A stretch of DNA of 64,000 bases from Pigmentiphaga sp. (GTDB taxonomy: Bacteria > Pseudomonadota > Gammaproteobacteria > Burkholderiales > Burkholderiaceae_B): NCBI RefSeq assembly GCF_033795525.1, contig NZ_JARYGM010000001.1, positions 206,614 through 270,613 on the forward strand, written 5' to 3'. Below, in pieces: positions 54,001 through 64,000 of this stretch (position 1 is its first letter; each line of letters begins with the position of its first letter). The notes under the pieces are model-generated. The model was not told the origin of the DNA. It saw only the letters and a program-made list of their open reading frames with translations, and did no database searches. A program made the translations under genes and the position numbers.

Positions 54001-56094
54001 CTACTCTCCCGGCCCCTCGAATCCGCCCAGCGTCTTCATCAAGTGCGCGTGCAAGTTGAATGGCCGGCGCCGCGAGCGCACCCGCTCGTAGTCGCCCGAG
54101 GGCAGCTGCTGCCACGCGAGGCGGTTGTCGCGCAGCGCGAAGGTGAACGACTCATCGATAACACGCTTCTGCAGCGCCTTGTCCAGGATCGGAAAGGCCA
54201 CTTCGATACGCCGGAAGAAATTGCGGTCCATCCAATCCGCCGACGAGAGATAGACCGCCTCCTGGCCGTCGTTGAGGAAATAGAACACCCGCGAATGTTC
54301 CAGGAACCGGCCCACGATGGACCGGACGGTGATGTTCTCGGACAAGCCGGGCACACCGGCCCTCAGGGTACATACGCCGCGCACGATCAGGTCGATCCGC
54401 ACCCCGGCCCGGCTCGCCTTGTAGAGTTCCTCGATGACCGAGGGCTCGAGCAGCGAGTTCATCTTGGCCATGATGCGCGCGGGCTTGCCGGCCCGGGCAT
54501 GGCGCGCCTCGCGCCGGATCAGCGCCACCATCGTCTCGTGCAGCGAAAAGGGCGCCTGCAGCAGGCATTTGAGCTGCCTGCGCGCACCCAACCCGGTCAG
54601 CTGCGAAAAGATCTGGTCCATGTCCTCGCACAGCCGCGGATGGGCGGTAAACAGGCCGAAGTCCGTGTACAGACGAGCCGTGCTCGGGTGATAGTTGCCC
54701 GTGCCCAAGTGGCCATAACGGCGGATCCGCCCCCGTTCGTGGCGCAGCACCAGCGACATCTTGGCATGCGTCTTGTGGCCCACCACGCCATAGACTACAT
54801 GGGCGCCAACCTCTTCCAGCCGGGCAGCCCAATTGATATTGGTCTGCTCGTCGAAGCGCGCCATGAGTTCCACCACCACGGTTACTTCCTTGCCCGAACG
54901 GGCAGCCGCCAGCAGCAGCTGCATCAGCTCGGAATCCTCGCCGGTACGGTAGATGGTCTGCTTGATGGCCACCACACTGGGGTCGGCCGCCGCCGCGGTC
55001 AGAAAGTCGATGACCGGCTGGAACGACTGATAGGGATGGTGCAACAGCCGGTCCTGCGCAGCGATGGCCTTGAAAAGCTGGTCTGGCGTCTGGCTGCGCT
55101 GGTCGAACGGCGCCGGGATGGGGCTCCGGAAGACCGGGAACTTCAGGTCCGGCCGGTTGACCCCGTTCACCAGTTGCATCAGCCGGCCCAGATTGACCGG
55201 CCCATCCACCCGATAGGCATCGGCCGGCGTGAGCGCAAACTGCTTGAGGAGGAAGTTCTCCAGCTCGGGCGGGATGGAATCGGCCAGCTCCAGCCGCACG
55301 CCGTCGCCGAAATGGCGCTGGGTCAGCTCGCCCTGCAGCGCCTGCCGCAGATTGGTAATTTCCTCGTCATCGACGAACAGGTCGCTGTTGCGGGTCAGCC
55401 GCCACTGGTAGCAGCCATCCACCGTCATGCCGGGAAACAGATCGCCCACGAAAGCCTGCATAAACGAAGTCAGCATCACGTAGCCATGGGGGTGTCCCGA
55501 CAGCTCGGGCGGCATCTGGGTCAGCCGCGGCAGCGCGCGGGGAGCCTGCACGATGGCGATGGCCACGTTGCGGCCGAACGCGTCGCGGCCCGACAGTTGC
55601 ACCGCGAAATTCAGGCTCTTGTTGAATACCCGGGGGAACGGGTGGGCCGGATCGAGCCCGATCGGAGTCAACAGCGGCATGACGTCGAGCCGGAAGACCT
55701 CGTGGGCCCAGGCCCGCTGCGCCGGCGTCCAGCTTTGCGCCATGTGCAGGACGATCCCTTCGGCCTGCAGGCGTGGCAGGATCTCGCGATTGAGCAAGGC
55801 ATACTGGCGATGCACCAGTTCGCGCGCCGCGGCCGACACCTGCTGCATCACCTCCGCCGGCGTCAACCCATCCTGGCCCCGGGCCTCCGGATTCTGGCGT
55901 ACCTGCTCGTGCAGGCTGGCCACCCGGATCTCGAAAAACTCGTCGAGATTCGACGCTACGATGCACAGAAAGCGCAATCGTTCGAGCAAAGGGGTATTCT
56001 CGTCTTCAGCCAGCGCCAATACCCGCTCGTTGAACTTGAGGAGCGCAAGCTCGCGATTCAGAAACAGGTCTTTGGCGGGCAATCTGGCGGCCAT
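54001..56094 (-). CDS. ppk: polyphosphate kinase 1
   Basis: LFLNRELALLKFNERVL, LDEFFEIRV, GTGNYHPSTARLYTD and RFLEHSRVFYF. Confidence 0.95.
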   Translation of the reverse strand: MAARLPAKDLFLNRELALLKFNERVLALAEDENTPLLERLRFLCIVASNLDEFFEIRVASLHEQVRQNPEARGQDGLTPAEVMQQVSAAARELVHRQYALLNREILPRLQAEGIVLHMAQSWTPAQRAWAHEVFRLDVMPLLTPIGLDPAHPFPRVFNKSLNFAVQLSGRDAFGRNVAIAIVQAPRALPRLTQMPPELSGHPHGYVMLTSFMQAFVGDLFPGMTVDGCYQWRLTRNSDLFVDDEEITNLRQALQGELTQRHFGDGVRLELADSIPPELENFLLKQFALTPADAYRVDGPVNLGRLMQLVNGVNRPDLKFPVFRSPIPAPFDQRSQTPDQLFKAIAAQDRLLHHPYQSFQPVIDFLTAAAADPSVVAIKQTIYRTGEDSELMQLLLAAARSGKEVTVVVELMARFDEQTNINWAARLEEVGAHVVYGVVGHKTHAKMSLVLRHERGRIRRYGHLGTGNYHPSTARLYTDFGLFTAHPRLCEDMDQIFSQLTGLGARRQLKCLLQAPFSLHETMVALIRREARHARAGKPARIMAKMNSLLEPSVIEELYKASRAGVRIDLIVRGVCTLRAGVPGLSENITVRSIVGRFLEHSRVFYFLNDGQEAVYLSSADWMDRNFFRRIEVAFPILDKALQKRVIDESFTFALRDNRLAWQQLPSGDYERVRSRRRPFNLHAHLMKTLGGFEGPGE

Positions 56095-56150
56095 GTCGGT
56101 ATCCCGGCGACGGGGGTAGAAGATAGGGCGCTTATTTTTGCGTCAAAATG

Positions 56151-56168
56151 ATGACTACCTTATGACAA
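56151..56168 (-). promoter_or_regulatory. Pho-box-like direct repeat upstream of ppk
   Basis: The minus strand reads TTGTCAT-AAGG-TAGTCAT, 57-74 nt upstream of the ppk ATG. An isolated CTGTCAT (56179-56185, + strand) faces ppx. Confidence 0.4.
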
Positions 56169-56238
56169 TGCAACCATTCTGTCATCGAAGCGCCTTATTC
56201 TTCCTGGCTTCCCTCCTATCCCCTTGCACGCCTTGTCC

Positions 56239-57723
56239 ATGACCCATTTGCTCGCCGCCGTAGATCTCGGCTCCAATAGTTTCCGCCTGGTAATCGGCCG
56301 GGTCGTCGACGAGGGTGGGACCATCCAGATCTATCCGGTGGACCGGCTCAAGGAGACCGTCCGCCTGGCGGCGGGGCTGCGTCCCGACAAGACGCTGGAC
56401 ACGTCCACCGCCGAATTCGCGCTGGAGGTCCTTCGTCGATTCGGCGAACGCCTGCGCAGCTTCCACCCCGAACGCGTACGAGCCGTCGCGACCAACACCT
56501 TCCGGGTGGCACGCAATGTCGCGGAGTTCCTGCCGCAGGCCGAAGCGGCCCTGGGCTTTCCTATCGAAGTCATCGCCGGCCGCGAAGAAGCGCGCCTTAT
56601 TTTCTCCGGCGTCTCGCACTCCCTGCCGCCCTCCCCGGCCAAGCGCCTGGTGGTCGACATTGGCGGCGGCTCCACCGAGTTCATCGTCGGCCGGCGTTTC
56701 GAGCCGGAATTGATGGAATCCCTCTATATGGGATGCGTCAGTTACAGCCGCGCGTATTTCCCCGGCGGCGTCGTCGACGCCCACGCAATGAAACAGGCGG
56801 AAATGGCGGCTAGGCGCGAAATCGAAGTCATTGCCCGCCAGTACCGCAAGGCGGGCTGGCAGGAAGCCTATGGCTCCTCGGGAACCAGCAAGGCGCTGGG
56901 CGCCATCCTGACCGAGTCCGGCTTCTCGGAGTACGGCATCACCCGGCGCGGCATGGACAAGCTCAAAGAGCGGCTGGTCAAGGCCGGGACGGTGGAACGC
57001 GCACAACTCGCTGGTATCAAGCCGGATCGCATATCCGTGCTGCCCGGCGGACTGGCCATCATGAGCGCCATTTTCGACGAACTCGGCATCGAGCTGATGC
57101 GCACGGCAGACGGGGCCTTGCGGGTCGGCGTGCTGTACGACCTGGCCGGGCGGGACGCCTCCCTCGACAAGCGGGACGATACCGTGCGCCAGTTCATGAA
57201 CCGCTACAAGGCGGACAGGGCGCAGGCCGCCCGCGTGCGGCAGCTGGCGCTGGGGTTGTTCCACCAGCTGGTTCCTTCGCCGGAACACGAGGAACTGGCC
57301 CGGATCCTCGGCTGGGCCGCCGATCTGCACGAGATCGGGTTGTCCATCGCGCACAACACTTATCACAAGCACTCGTCCTACATCCTGCAGCATGCCGACA
57401 TGCCCGGATTCTCGCGCCAGGACCAGAGCCTGCTGGCACTGCTGGCGCTGGGGCACCAGGGCAAGCTGGGCAAGCTGCAGACGCTGGTCACCCACGACGA
57501 GCAATGGATCGCCATCCTGTGCCTGCGCATGGCGGCCATTCTCTACCGGCGGCGCGAGGACATCGGCGAGCCGCCCCTGACGGTTTCGGTCAAGGGTACG
57601 TCCATCGTCGTCAAGACGGATGCTGCGTGGATGAGCAGCCACCCGCTCACCGATTTCACGCTCCGCGCCGAGGAGTCAGAATGGCGCAAGGTGGGTTTCA
57701 CGTTCGAGCTGCTTGAGCTCTGA
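56239..57723 (+). CDS. ppx: exopolyphosphatase / pppGpp phosphohydrolase family (Ppx/GppA)
   Basis: LAAVDLGSNSFRLVIGRV, VVDIGGGSTEF and the C-terminal HD-like region. Start is ATG 56239 or TTG 56224. Confidence 0.9.
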   Translation: MTHLLAAVDLGSNSFRLVIGRVVDEGGTIQIYPVDRLKETVRLAAGLRPDKTLDTSTAEFALEVLRRFGERLRSFHPERVRAVATNTFRVARNVAEFLPQAEAALGFPIEVIAGREEARLIFSGVSHSLPPSPAKRLVVDIGGGSTEFIVGRRFEPELMESLYMGCVSYSRAYFPGGVVDAHAMKQAEMAARREIEVIARQYRKAGWQEAYGSSGTSKALGAILTESGFSEYGITRRGMDKLKERLVKAGTVERAQLAGIKPDRISVLPGGLAIMSAIFDELGIELMRTADGALRVGVLYDLAGRDASLDKRDDTVRQFMNRYKADRAQAARVRQLALGLFHQLVPSPEHEELARILGWAADLHEIGLSIAHNTYHKHSSYILQHADMPGFSRQDQSLLALLALGHQGKLGKLQTLVTHDEQWIAILCLRMAAILYRRREDIGEPPLTVSVKGTSIVVKTDAAWMSSHPLTDFTLRAEESEWRKVGFTFELLEL

Positions 57724-57854
57724 ACGGATCCGGCGCGTCAGCCGGCGCTGCAAGCGCAGCCCGGCGCGCCGTAGCCGCCGAGCCAGCCGCAGGCGGCGCC
57801 GATGACGCGGCCGGCCCACCGGAACGACAGCCCCGCCGCCGGATGCCAGCGGGC

Positions 57855-58664
57855 TCACGAACGCCTCGAACCCTGCGACTCCAGCCCGAAGTGCCGGCGA
57901 TAACGATCGTCCAGTGCATCGATGGACAGCAGCATCGGGAAATCGGCGGTATTGAAATCGGCGTCCCAGGCCGGCTCGCCGCAGACGCGTGCCCCGACCT
58001 TCAGATAGCCTTTGATGAGCGGCGGCACGCGGGTCGGCAGGTTGCAATCCAAGCGCTCGACCGGCAGCCTGTGCAGCGGCTGCACTCGCAGGTCGCGCGC
58101 CTGTTCGATATGGGAGGCAATCGACCGGTAGACGCCGGCGGCCGTTGCGCCATCGTCGCGCAGGCTCACGCTGGCGCAGCCGAACACGTAGCGGTAGCCC
58201 GAGCGACGCAGGAATTCCGCGAGTCCCGACCACAGCAGCATGATGACCGCGCCGCTGCGGTAATCGCGATGCGTGCAGGAGCGGCCGAACTCGACCAACT
58301 CGCTCCGTATGGGGCTCAGGCCGGACAGATCGAACTCGGATTCGGAGTAATAGCTGCCGGCATGGCGGGCCTGCTCCGGCCCCAGAATGCGGTAAGTGCC
58401 CACCACGCGGTCGGTATCGAGCTCGCGGACGATCAAGTGCTCGCACCAAGCGTCGAACTTGTCTTCGTCAACGCCGTCGACCGCTGTCGGGAATACGGCC
58501 CCCATGTCTTCCGTGAAGACTTCATAGCGCAGGCGCTGGGCTTGTCGGACTTCTTCCCAGGACCGCGCTAGCCCCACAGCCAAGCCGGGGGTCTGGACAC
58601 CGTCATGAAGCTCGTCGACCAGGCCTCGACTCGCTTCGATGCGGGTGAATTCGAGCATATGCAC
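57855..58664 (-). CDS. GNAT-type N-acyltransferase, OlsB-like (ornithine lipid/N-acyl amino acid synthase family)
   Basis: QAQRLRYEVFTEDMG, CEHLIVRE...VVGTYRIL and EFGRSCTHRDYRSG match the PF13444/OlsB pattern as I recall it. Confidence 0.6.
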   Translation of the reverse strand: MHMLEFTRIEASRGLVDELHDGVQTPGLAVGLARSWEEVRQAQRLRYEVFTEDMGAVFPTAVDGVDEDKFDAWCEHLIVRELDTDRVVGTYRILGPEQARHAGSYYSESEFDLSGLSPIRSELVEFGRSCTHRDYRSGAVIMLLWSGLAEFLRRSGYRYVFGCASVSLRDDGATAAGVYRSIASHIEQARDLRVQPLHRLPVERLDCNLPTRVPPLIKGYLKVGARVCGEPAWDADFNTADFPMLLSIDALDDRYRRHFGLESQGSRRS

Positions 58665-58787
58665 ACTCCTTGACAGGTAAGGTCGAGTGTCGGCGCTTCG
58701 CGTTTCACGTCATTGACAGAATAATGACGGTACCATGACTACGACACAATACCCCTGCCCGACCGGAAACGCCTGCTTACGAATGCC

Positions 58788-59240
58788 TTACAGGAACTCC
58801 GGATTCACCACCGCCCGCACGACCACCTGGAAGTCCTCGTCGCGCTGGCGCCGGGCGAGCCACCAAAGCCCGCCCTTTTTCAGGCTCCAGGGCAGGTCCT
58901 GCCCGGCCAGCAGCGTGCTGGCCACCCGCCCCAGCGTGGGCTGGTGGCCGACAACCAGCACCGGCCGCGGCGACAGCGGCCAGCCGGTCGCGGCCAGCAC
59001 GTGGACGGGCGCAGCGTCGGGCGCCAGGTCCGGCACCACGGCATAGTCCAGGCCCAGCGCATCGGCAGTCTGGCGGGTGCGTACCGCGGGGCTCGCCATC
59101 ACCAGCAGATCGGACGGCGCATGGGCGCGCAGCCAGCCCGCGACGGCCTCCGCCTGCTTGCGGCCACGCCGCGTCAGCGCGCGCTGCAGGTCGTCCTGGC
59201 CGTCTTCGGCCTCTGCGTGGCGCCAGAGAAGTAGATTCAT
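58788..59240 (-). CDS. sixA: phosphohistidine phosphatase SixA
   Basis: LLLWRHAEA...LTRRGRKQA...SPAVRTRQTA...VVGHQP. About 150 aa. Confidence 0.8.
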   Translation of the reverse strand: MNLLLWRHAEAEDGQDDLQRALTRRGRKQAEAVAGWLRAHAPSDLLVMASPAVRTRQTADALGLDYAVVPDLAPDAAPVHVLAATGWPLSPRPVLVVGHQPTLGRVASTLLAGQDLPWSLKKGGLWWLARRQRDEDFQVVVRAVVNPEFL

Positions 59241-59329
59241 GGATGATGCTTGCATAGTCATAATCGGCGGACCCTGATTGTGCCCAAGGGGCATGACTGG
59301 CGCTTGACAAAGGGCCCGCCGCGCCGGCC

Positions 59330-60670
59330 CTAACGCAGGCTGGCGGACAGGGTTTCCAGGCAACCGTCCACCAGGGCGGCATCCGCAGCTTCGACCATCA
59401 GCCGCAGCTTGGGCTCGGTGCCGGAGGCGCGTATCAAGACGCGTCCCTTCCCGTCCAGCTGGCGTTCGACCTCTTCACGTGCCTGGTTCAACCCCTCGTG
59501 CGTGCGCCAGTCCAGCCCCGGCGCAAGCGGTACATTGACGAGTTTCTGCGGATATAGCCGCAGGCCGTCCAGCAATTCGGACAGCGGCTTGCGTTGGCGC
59601 TGCATGGCCGCCAATACCTGGAGCGCCGCCACGATGCCGTCGCCGGTGGTATGGCGATCCAGGCAGATCAGGTGGCCCGAACCTTCACCTCCATAAAGCC
59701 AGCCCTTCTGTTGCAACATCGCCAATACATAGCGGTCGCCCACCGCCGCCCGCTCGAAAGGCACGTTCAATTCCCGCATGCGATGCTCGAACGCCAGATT
59801 GGTCATCAGGGTCCCGACCACCCCCGCGACTGGGCCTCGGCGCAAGCGATCCGCCACGATGACATACAACAGCTCGTCGCCGTTATAGAGCCGGCCGGTG
59901 CCATCGACCATCAACAGCCGGTCCGCATCGCCATCCAGGGCAATGCCAAGATCGGCCTGAGCGGTCACCACCGCCTTGACCAGCGCGTCGGGCGCCGTGG
60001 CGCCCACACCGTCGTTGATGTTGAGGCCGTCGGGCGCGCATCCGATCCGGCTGACGGTAGCCCCCAGTTCTTCGAACACGCTGGGAGCAATATGGTAGGC
60101 CGCGCCATGGGCCGCATCGACCACCAGCTTCAGCCCGACCAAATCGAGGTCGGCCGGGAATCCGCTCTTGCAGAATTCAATGTAGCGGCCAGCGGCGTCG
60201 TTCAAACGCTTGGCCCGTCCGAGTTTTTCGGAAAACACGCAGCCGACCGGCTCGGCAAGCGCCTGTTCGATGCGCAGCTCGACCTCGTCGGGCAGCTTCA
60301 TGCCGTCGGATGAAAAGAACTTGATGCCGTTGTCGAAATACGGATTGTGGGACGCGCTGATCACGATCCCGGCCGACAGGCGCAGCGCGCGCGTCAAATA
60401 GGCCACCGCCGGCGTGGGCATGGGGCCGGCCAGCAGGACGTCGATGCCGGCGGCGGACAACCCGGCCTCGAGCGCCGACTCCAGCATGTACCCGGAGATC
60501 CGTGTGTCCTTGCCGATCAGCACGATGGGCCGGGCGCTCTCCCGGTGCTCGCGGGTCAGGACGCGTCCTGCGGCATAGCCCAGGCGCAAGGCGAACTCTG
60601 CATTGATGACGCTGGAACCGACCCGGCCCCTGATGCCGTCGGTCCCGAAATACTGGCGTTCTCCAACCAT
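59330..60670 (-). CDS. glmM: phosphoglucosamine mutase
   Basis: [34 protein letters not shown] and GGEGSGH. Confidence 0.95.
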   Translation of the reverse strand: MVGERQYFGTDGIRGRVGSSVINAEFALRLGYAAGRVLTREHRESARPIVLIGKDTRISGYMLESALEAGLSAAGIDVLLAGPMPTPAVAYLTRALRLSAGIVISASHNPYFDNGIKFFSSDGMKLPDEVELRIEQALAEPVGCVFSEKLGRAKRLNDAAGRYIEFCKSGFPADLDLVGLKLVVDAAHGAAYHIAPSVFEELGATVSRIGCAPDGLNINDGVGATAPDALVKAVVTAQADLGIALDGDADRLLMVDGTGRLYNGDELLYVIVADRLRRGPVAGVVGTLMTNLAFEHRMRELNVPFERAAVGDRYVLAMLQQKGWLYGGEGSGHLICLDRHTTGDGIVAALQVLAAMQRQRKPLSELLDGLRLYPQKLVNVPLAPGLDWRTHEGLNQAREEVERQLDGKGRVLIRASGTEPKLRLMVEAADAALVDGCLETLSASLR

Positions 60671-60718
60671 TACGGTTGCCCTCGTTTGTTATTTGTCTAT
60701 CGAAAAAAACCTGCCGGC

Positions 60719-61660
60719 TCAATCGTCCCAGGCCTGCACGGCGCGCCAGACCTTCAATGCATCGACCGTGGCCGCGACATCGTGGACGCGGACGATGGCG
60801 GCCCCCCGGTCCACCGCGGCCAGCGCGGCCGCCACGCTGCCGGCCAACCGCTCCCCCACCGGCTTGCCGGTTACCGCGCCTATCATGGTCTTGCGCGACA
60901 CGCCGATCAGCAGCGGATACCCCAGTGCGCCCATAGCCGGCAAACTGCGCATCAGCTGGTAGTTATGGCCGGTGGTCTTGCCAAAGCCGAATCCCGGGTC
61001 GAGGCAGATGCGCTCGCGGCGCACGCCTGCAGCCGACAGGCGCTCGGCACGCCCGGCCAGGAAGGCGGAAACTTCCCCCACCACGTCGGCATAGACAGGC
61101 GCCTGCTGCATGGTGCGCGGTTCTCCCTGCATATGCATCACGCATAAGCCGCTCGTTCCCCGTGCCACCGCCTCTATTGCTCCCGGCTGCCGAAAACCAT
61201 AGATATCGTTGATCATGTCGGCGCCGGCGTCCAGCACCGCATGCATTACGCCGGGTTTGAACGTATCAACCGACAGCGGTACGCCCGTGGCGCGCAGCGC
61301 CTCGATCAAGGGCAGGAGCCGCGCGAGCTCGTCTTCCTGAGACACGGGCTGGGCGCCGGGCCGGGTCGACTCGCCGCCCAGGTCGAGAATGTCGGCGCCT
61401 TCGGCGATCAACGCGTGGGCGTGCGCGATCGCCGCGTCCAGTGCGAGATTCTTGCCGCCATCCGAGAAGGAGTCGGGCGTGACGTTGATGATGCCCATGA
61501 CCAGCGGCCGGGAAAGATCGAGCTCGAAACGGCCCAGGAGCAGGGTCCGTCCGCTGCCCGTGGGTGCGTGGTCCCCACGGGACGGCGCAGGCAGGACCGC
61601 GGACCGGACCTCACCTGTCCGCGATTGCCGCGCCTTGTCTTCGTCGATCATTTCCGCCAC
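60719..61660 (-). CDS. folP: dihydropteroate synthase
   Basis: VMGIINVTPDSFSDGG, ILDLGGESTRPGA, NDIYGF, DPGFGFGK and SRKTMIG. The N-terminal start is uncertain (about 35 extra aa versus E. coli). Confidence 0.9.
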   Translation of the reverse strand: MAEMIDEDKARQSRTGEVRSAVLPAPSRGDHAPTGSGRTLLLGRFELDLSRPLVMGIINVTPDSFSDGGKNLALDAAIAHAHALIAEGADILDLGGESTRPGAQPVSQEDELARLLPLIEALRATGVPLSVDTFKPGVMHAVLDAGADMINDIYGFRQPGAIEAVARGTSGLCVMHMQGEPRTMQQAPVYADVVGEVSAFLAGRAERLSAAGVRRERICLDPGFGFGKTTGHNYQLMRSLPAMGALGYPLLIGVSRKTMIGAVTGKPVGERLAGSVAAALAAVDRGAAIVRVHDVAATVDALKVWRAVQAWDD

Positions 61661-61750
61661 CGAAAATCAAAAGCGGCGTCGAGACGCCGCCATCGTAGAT
61701 ATCCTGCTGCCCGGCCCCGCCGCCACGCAGGGCGCGCGGCGGGGACCCCA

Positions 61751-63637
<1,887 letters not shown>

Positions 63638-63715
63638 GGTCGATCTCCTACTTGATTGCCGATCGGTCGACCTGCCGGGAAATCCCGGTCCGACCGGACA
63701 CTAAGTCCGATTCTA

Positions 63716-64000
63716 CTATTGTCCGCCGCCAGGATTCTTCAGCCCTATTCCGACCAGGAAGGTTTCCGAAGATTTGTCCCGGGACGCCTTGGGCTTGCGC
63801 TCCACCACCCGGCGGAAAGTCTGCTTGAAACTCTGCACGATCTGGGAAAAACCGCTGCCGTGGAAAGCTTTGACGATCAAGGCCCCATCCGGTTTCAGAT
63901 GGGCCTGGGCAAATTCCCGAGCAAGATCGCATACATGCTGGATCCGCGCGGCGTCTGCCGCCCCGACCCCGGATAGGTTGGGGGCCATGTCGGAAATCAC
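63716..64000 (-). CDS. rlmE: 23S rRNA (uridine2552-2'-O)-methyltransferase RlmE/FtsJ, C-terminal part (runs off the window)
   Basis: [11 protein letters not shown]...[12 protein letters not shown]...RKPKASR, and the conserved position upstream of ftsH. Confidence 0.85.
   Translation of the reverse strand: MISDMAPNLSGVGAADAARIQHVCDLAREFAQAHLKPDGALIVKAFHGSGFSQIVQSFKQTFRRVVERKPKASRDKSSETFLVGIGLKNPGGGQ

Overview
High-GC (about two-thirds G+C by eye, not computed) betaproteobacterial chromosome segment. It looks Alcaligenaceae-like (Bordetella/Achromobacter type): three Bug/TctC-family binding proteins, a pga/bps locus and the rlmE-ftsH-folP-glmM block. I call about 60 CDS, 3 tRNAs (His-GTG, Arg-TCT, Pro-TGG), 2 pseudogenes, and no rRNA, CRISPR or intact IS. 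Left to right: (1) small stress-type proteins (KGG repeat, CBS pair, CspA-like, a Q-rich 79-aa protein), several preceded by -24/-12 (sigma54-like) motifs. (2) Two GH13 enzymes plus an ASRT-family (sensory rhodopsin transducer) homolog. (3) Topoisomerase IB and a lactonase. (4) Bug/FAD-oxidoreductase/IclR/EamA genes and a ProA-like/pyruvyl-transferase/FAD-oxidoreductase trio. (5) TetR-thioesterase, DUF4148, a lipoprotein hydrolase and LysR. (6) tRNA-Pro with a decayed integrase fragment. (7) A 12-gene co-directional acyl-CoA beta-oxidation-like cluster resembling the bbs pathway. (8) A frameshifted arylamine N-acetyltransferase. (9) Two tandem DUF2946-type ORFs, both ending in RAPP-X3-stop, ahead of a TonB-dependent receptor and a PepSY protein (CruR-type copper leader). 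(10) pgaABCD, with an in-frame deletion in the pgaC catalytic domain. (11) pstSCAB, ppk and ppx with Pho boxes. (12) OlsB-like, sixA, glmM, folP, ftsH and partial rlmE. The tandem RAPP leader, the pgaC deletion, the sigma54-like motif set and the bbs-like cluster deserve the closest second look. All calls rest on reading the sequence and ORF track and on recalled family motifs; no searches were run.
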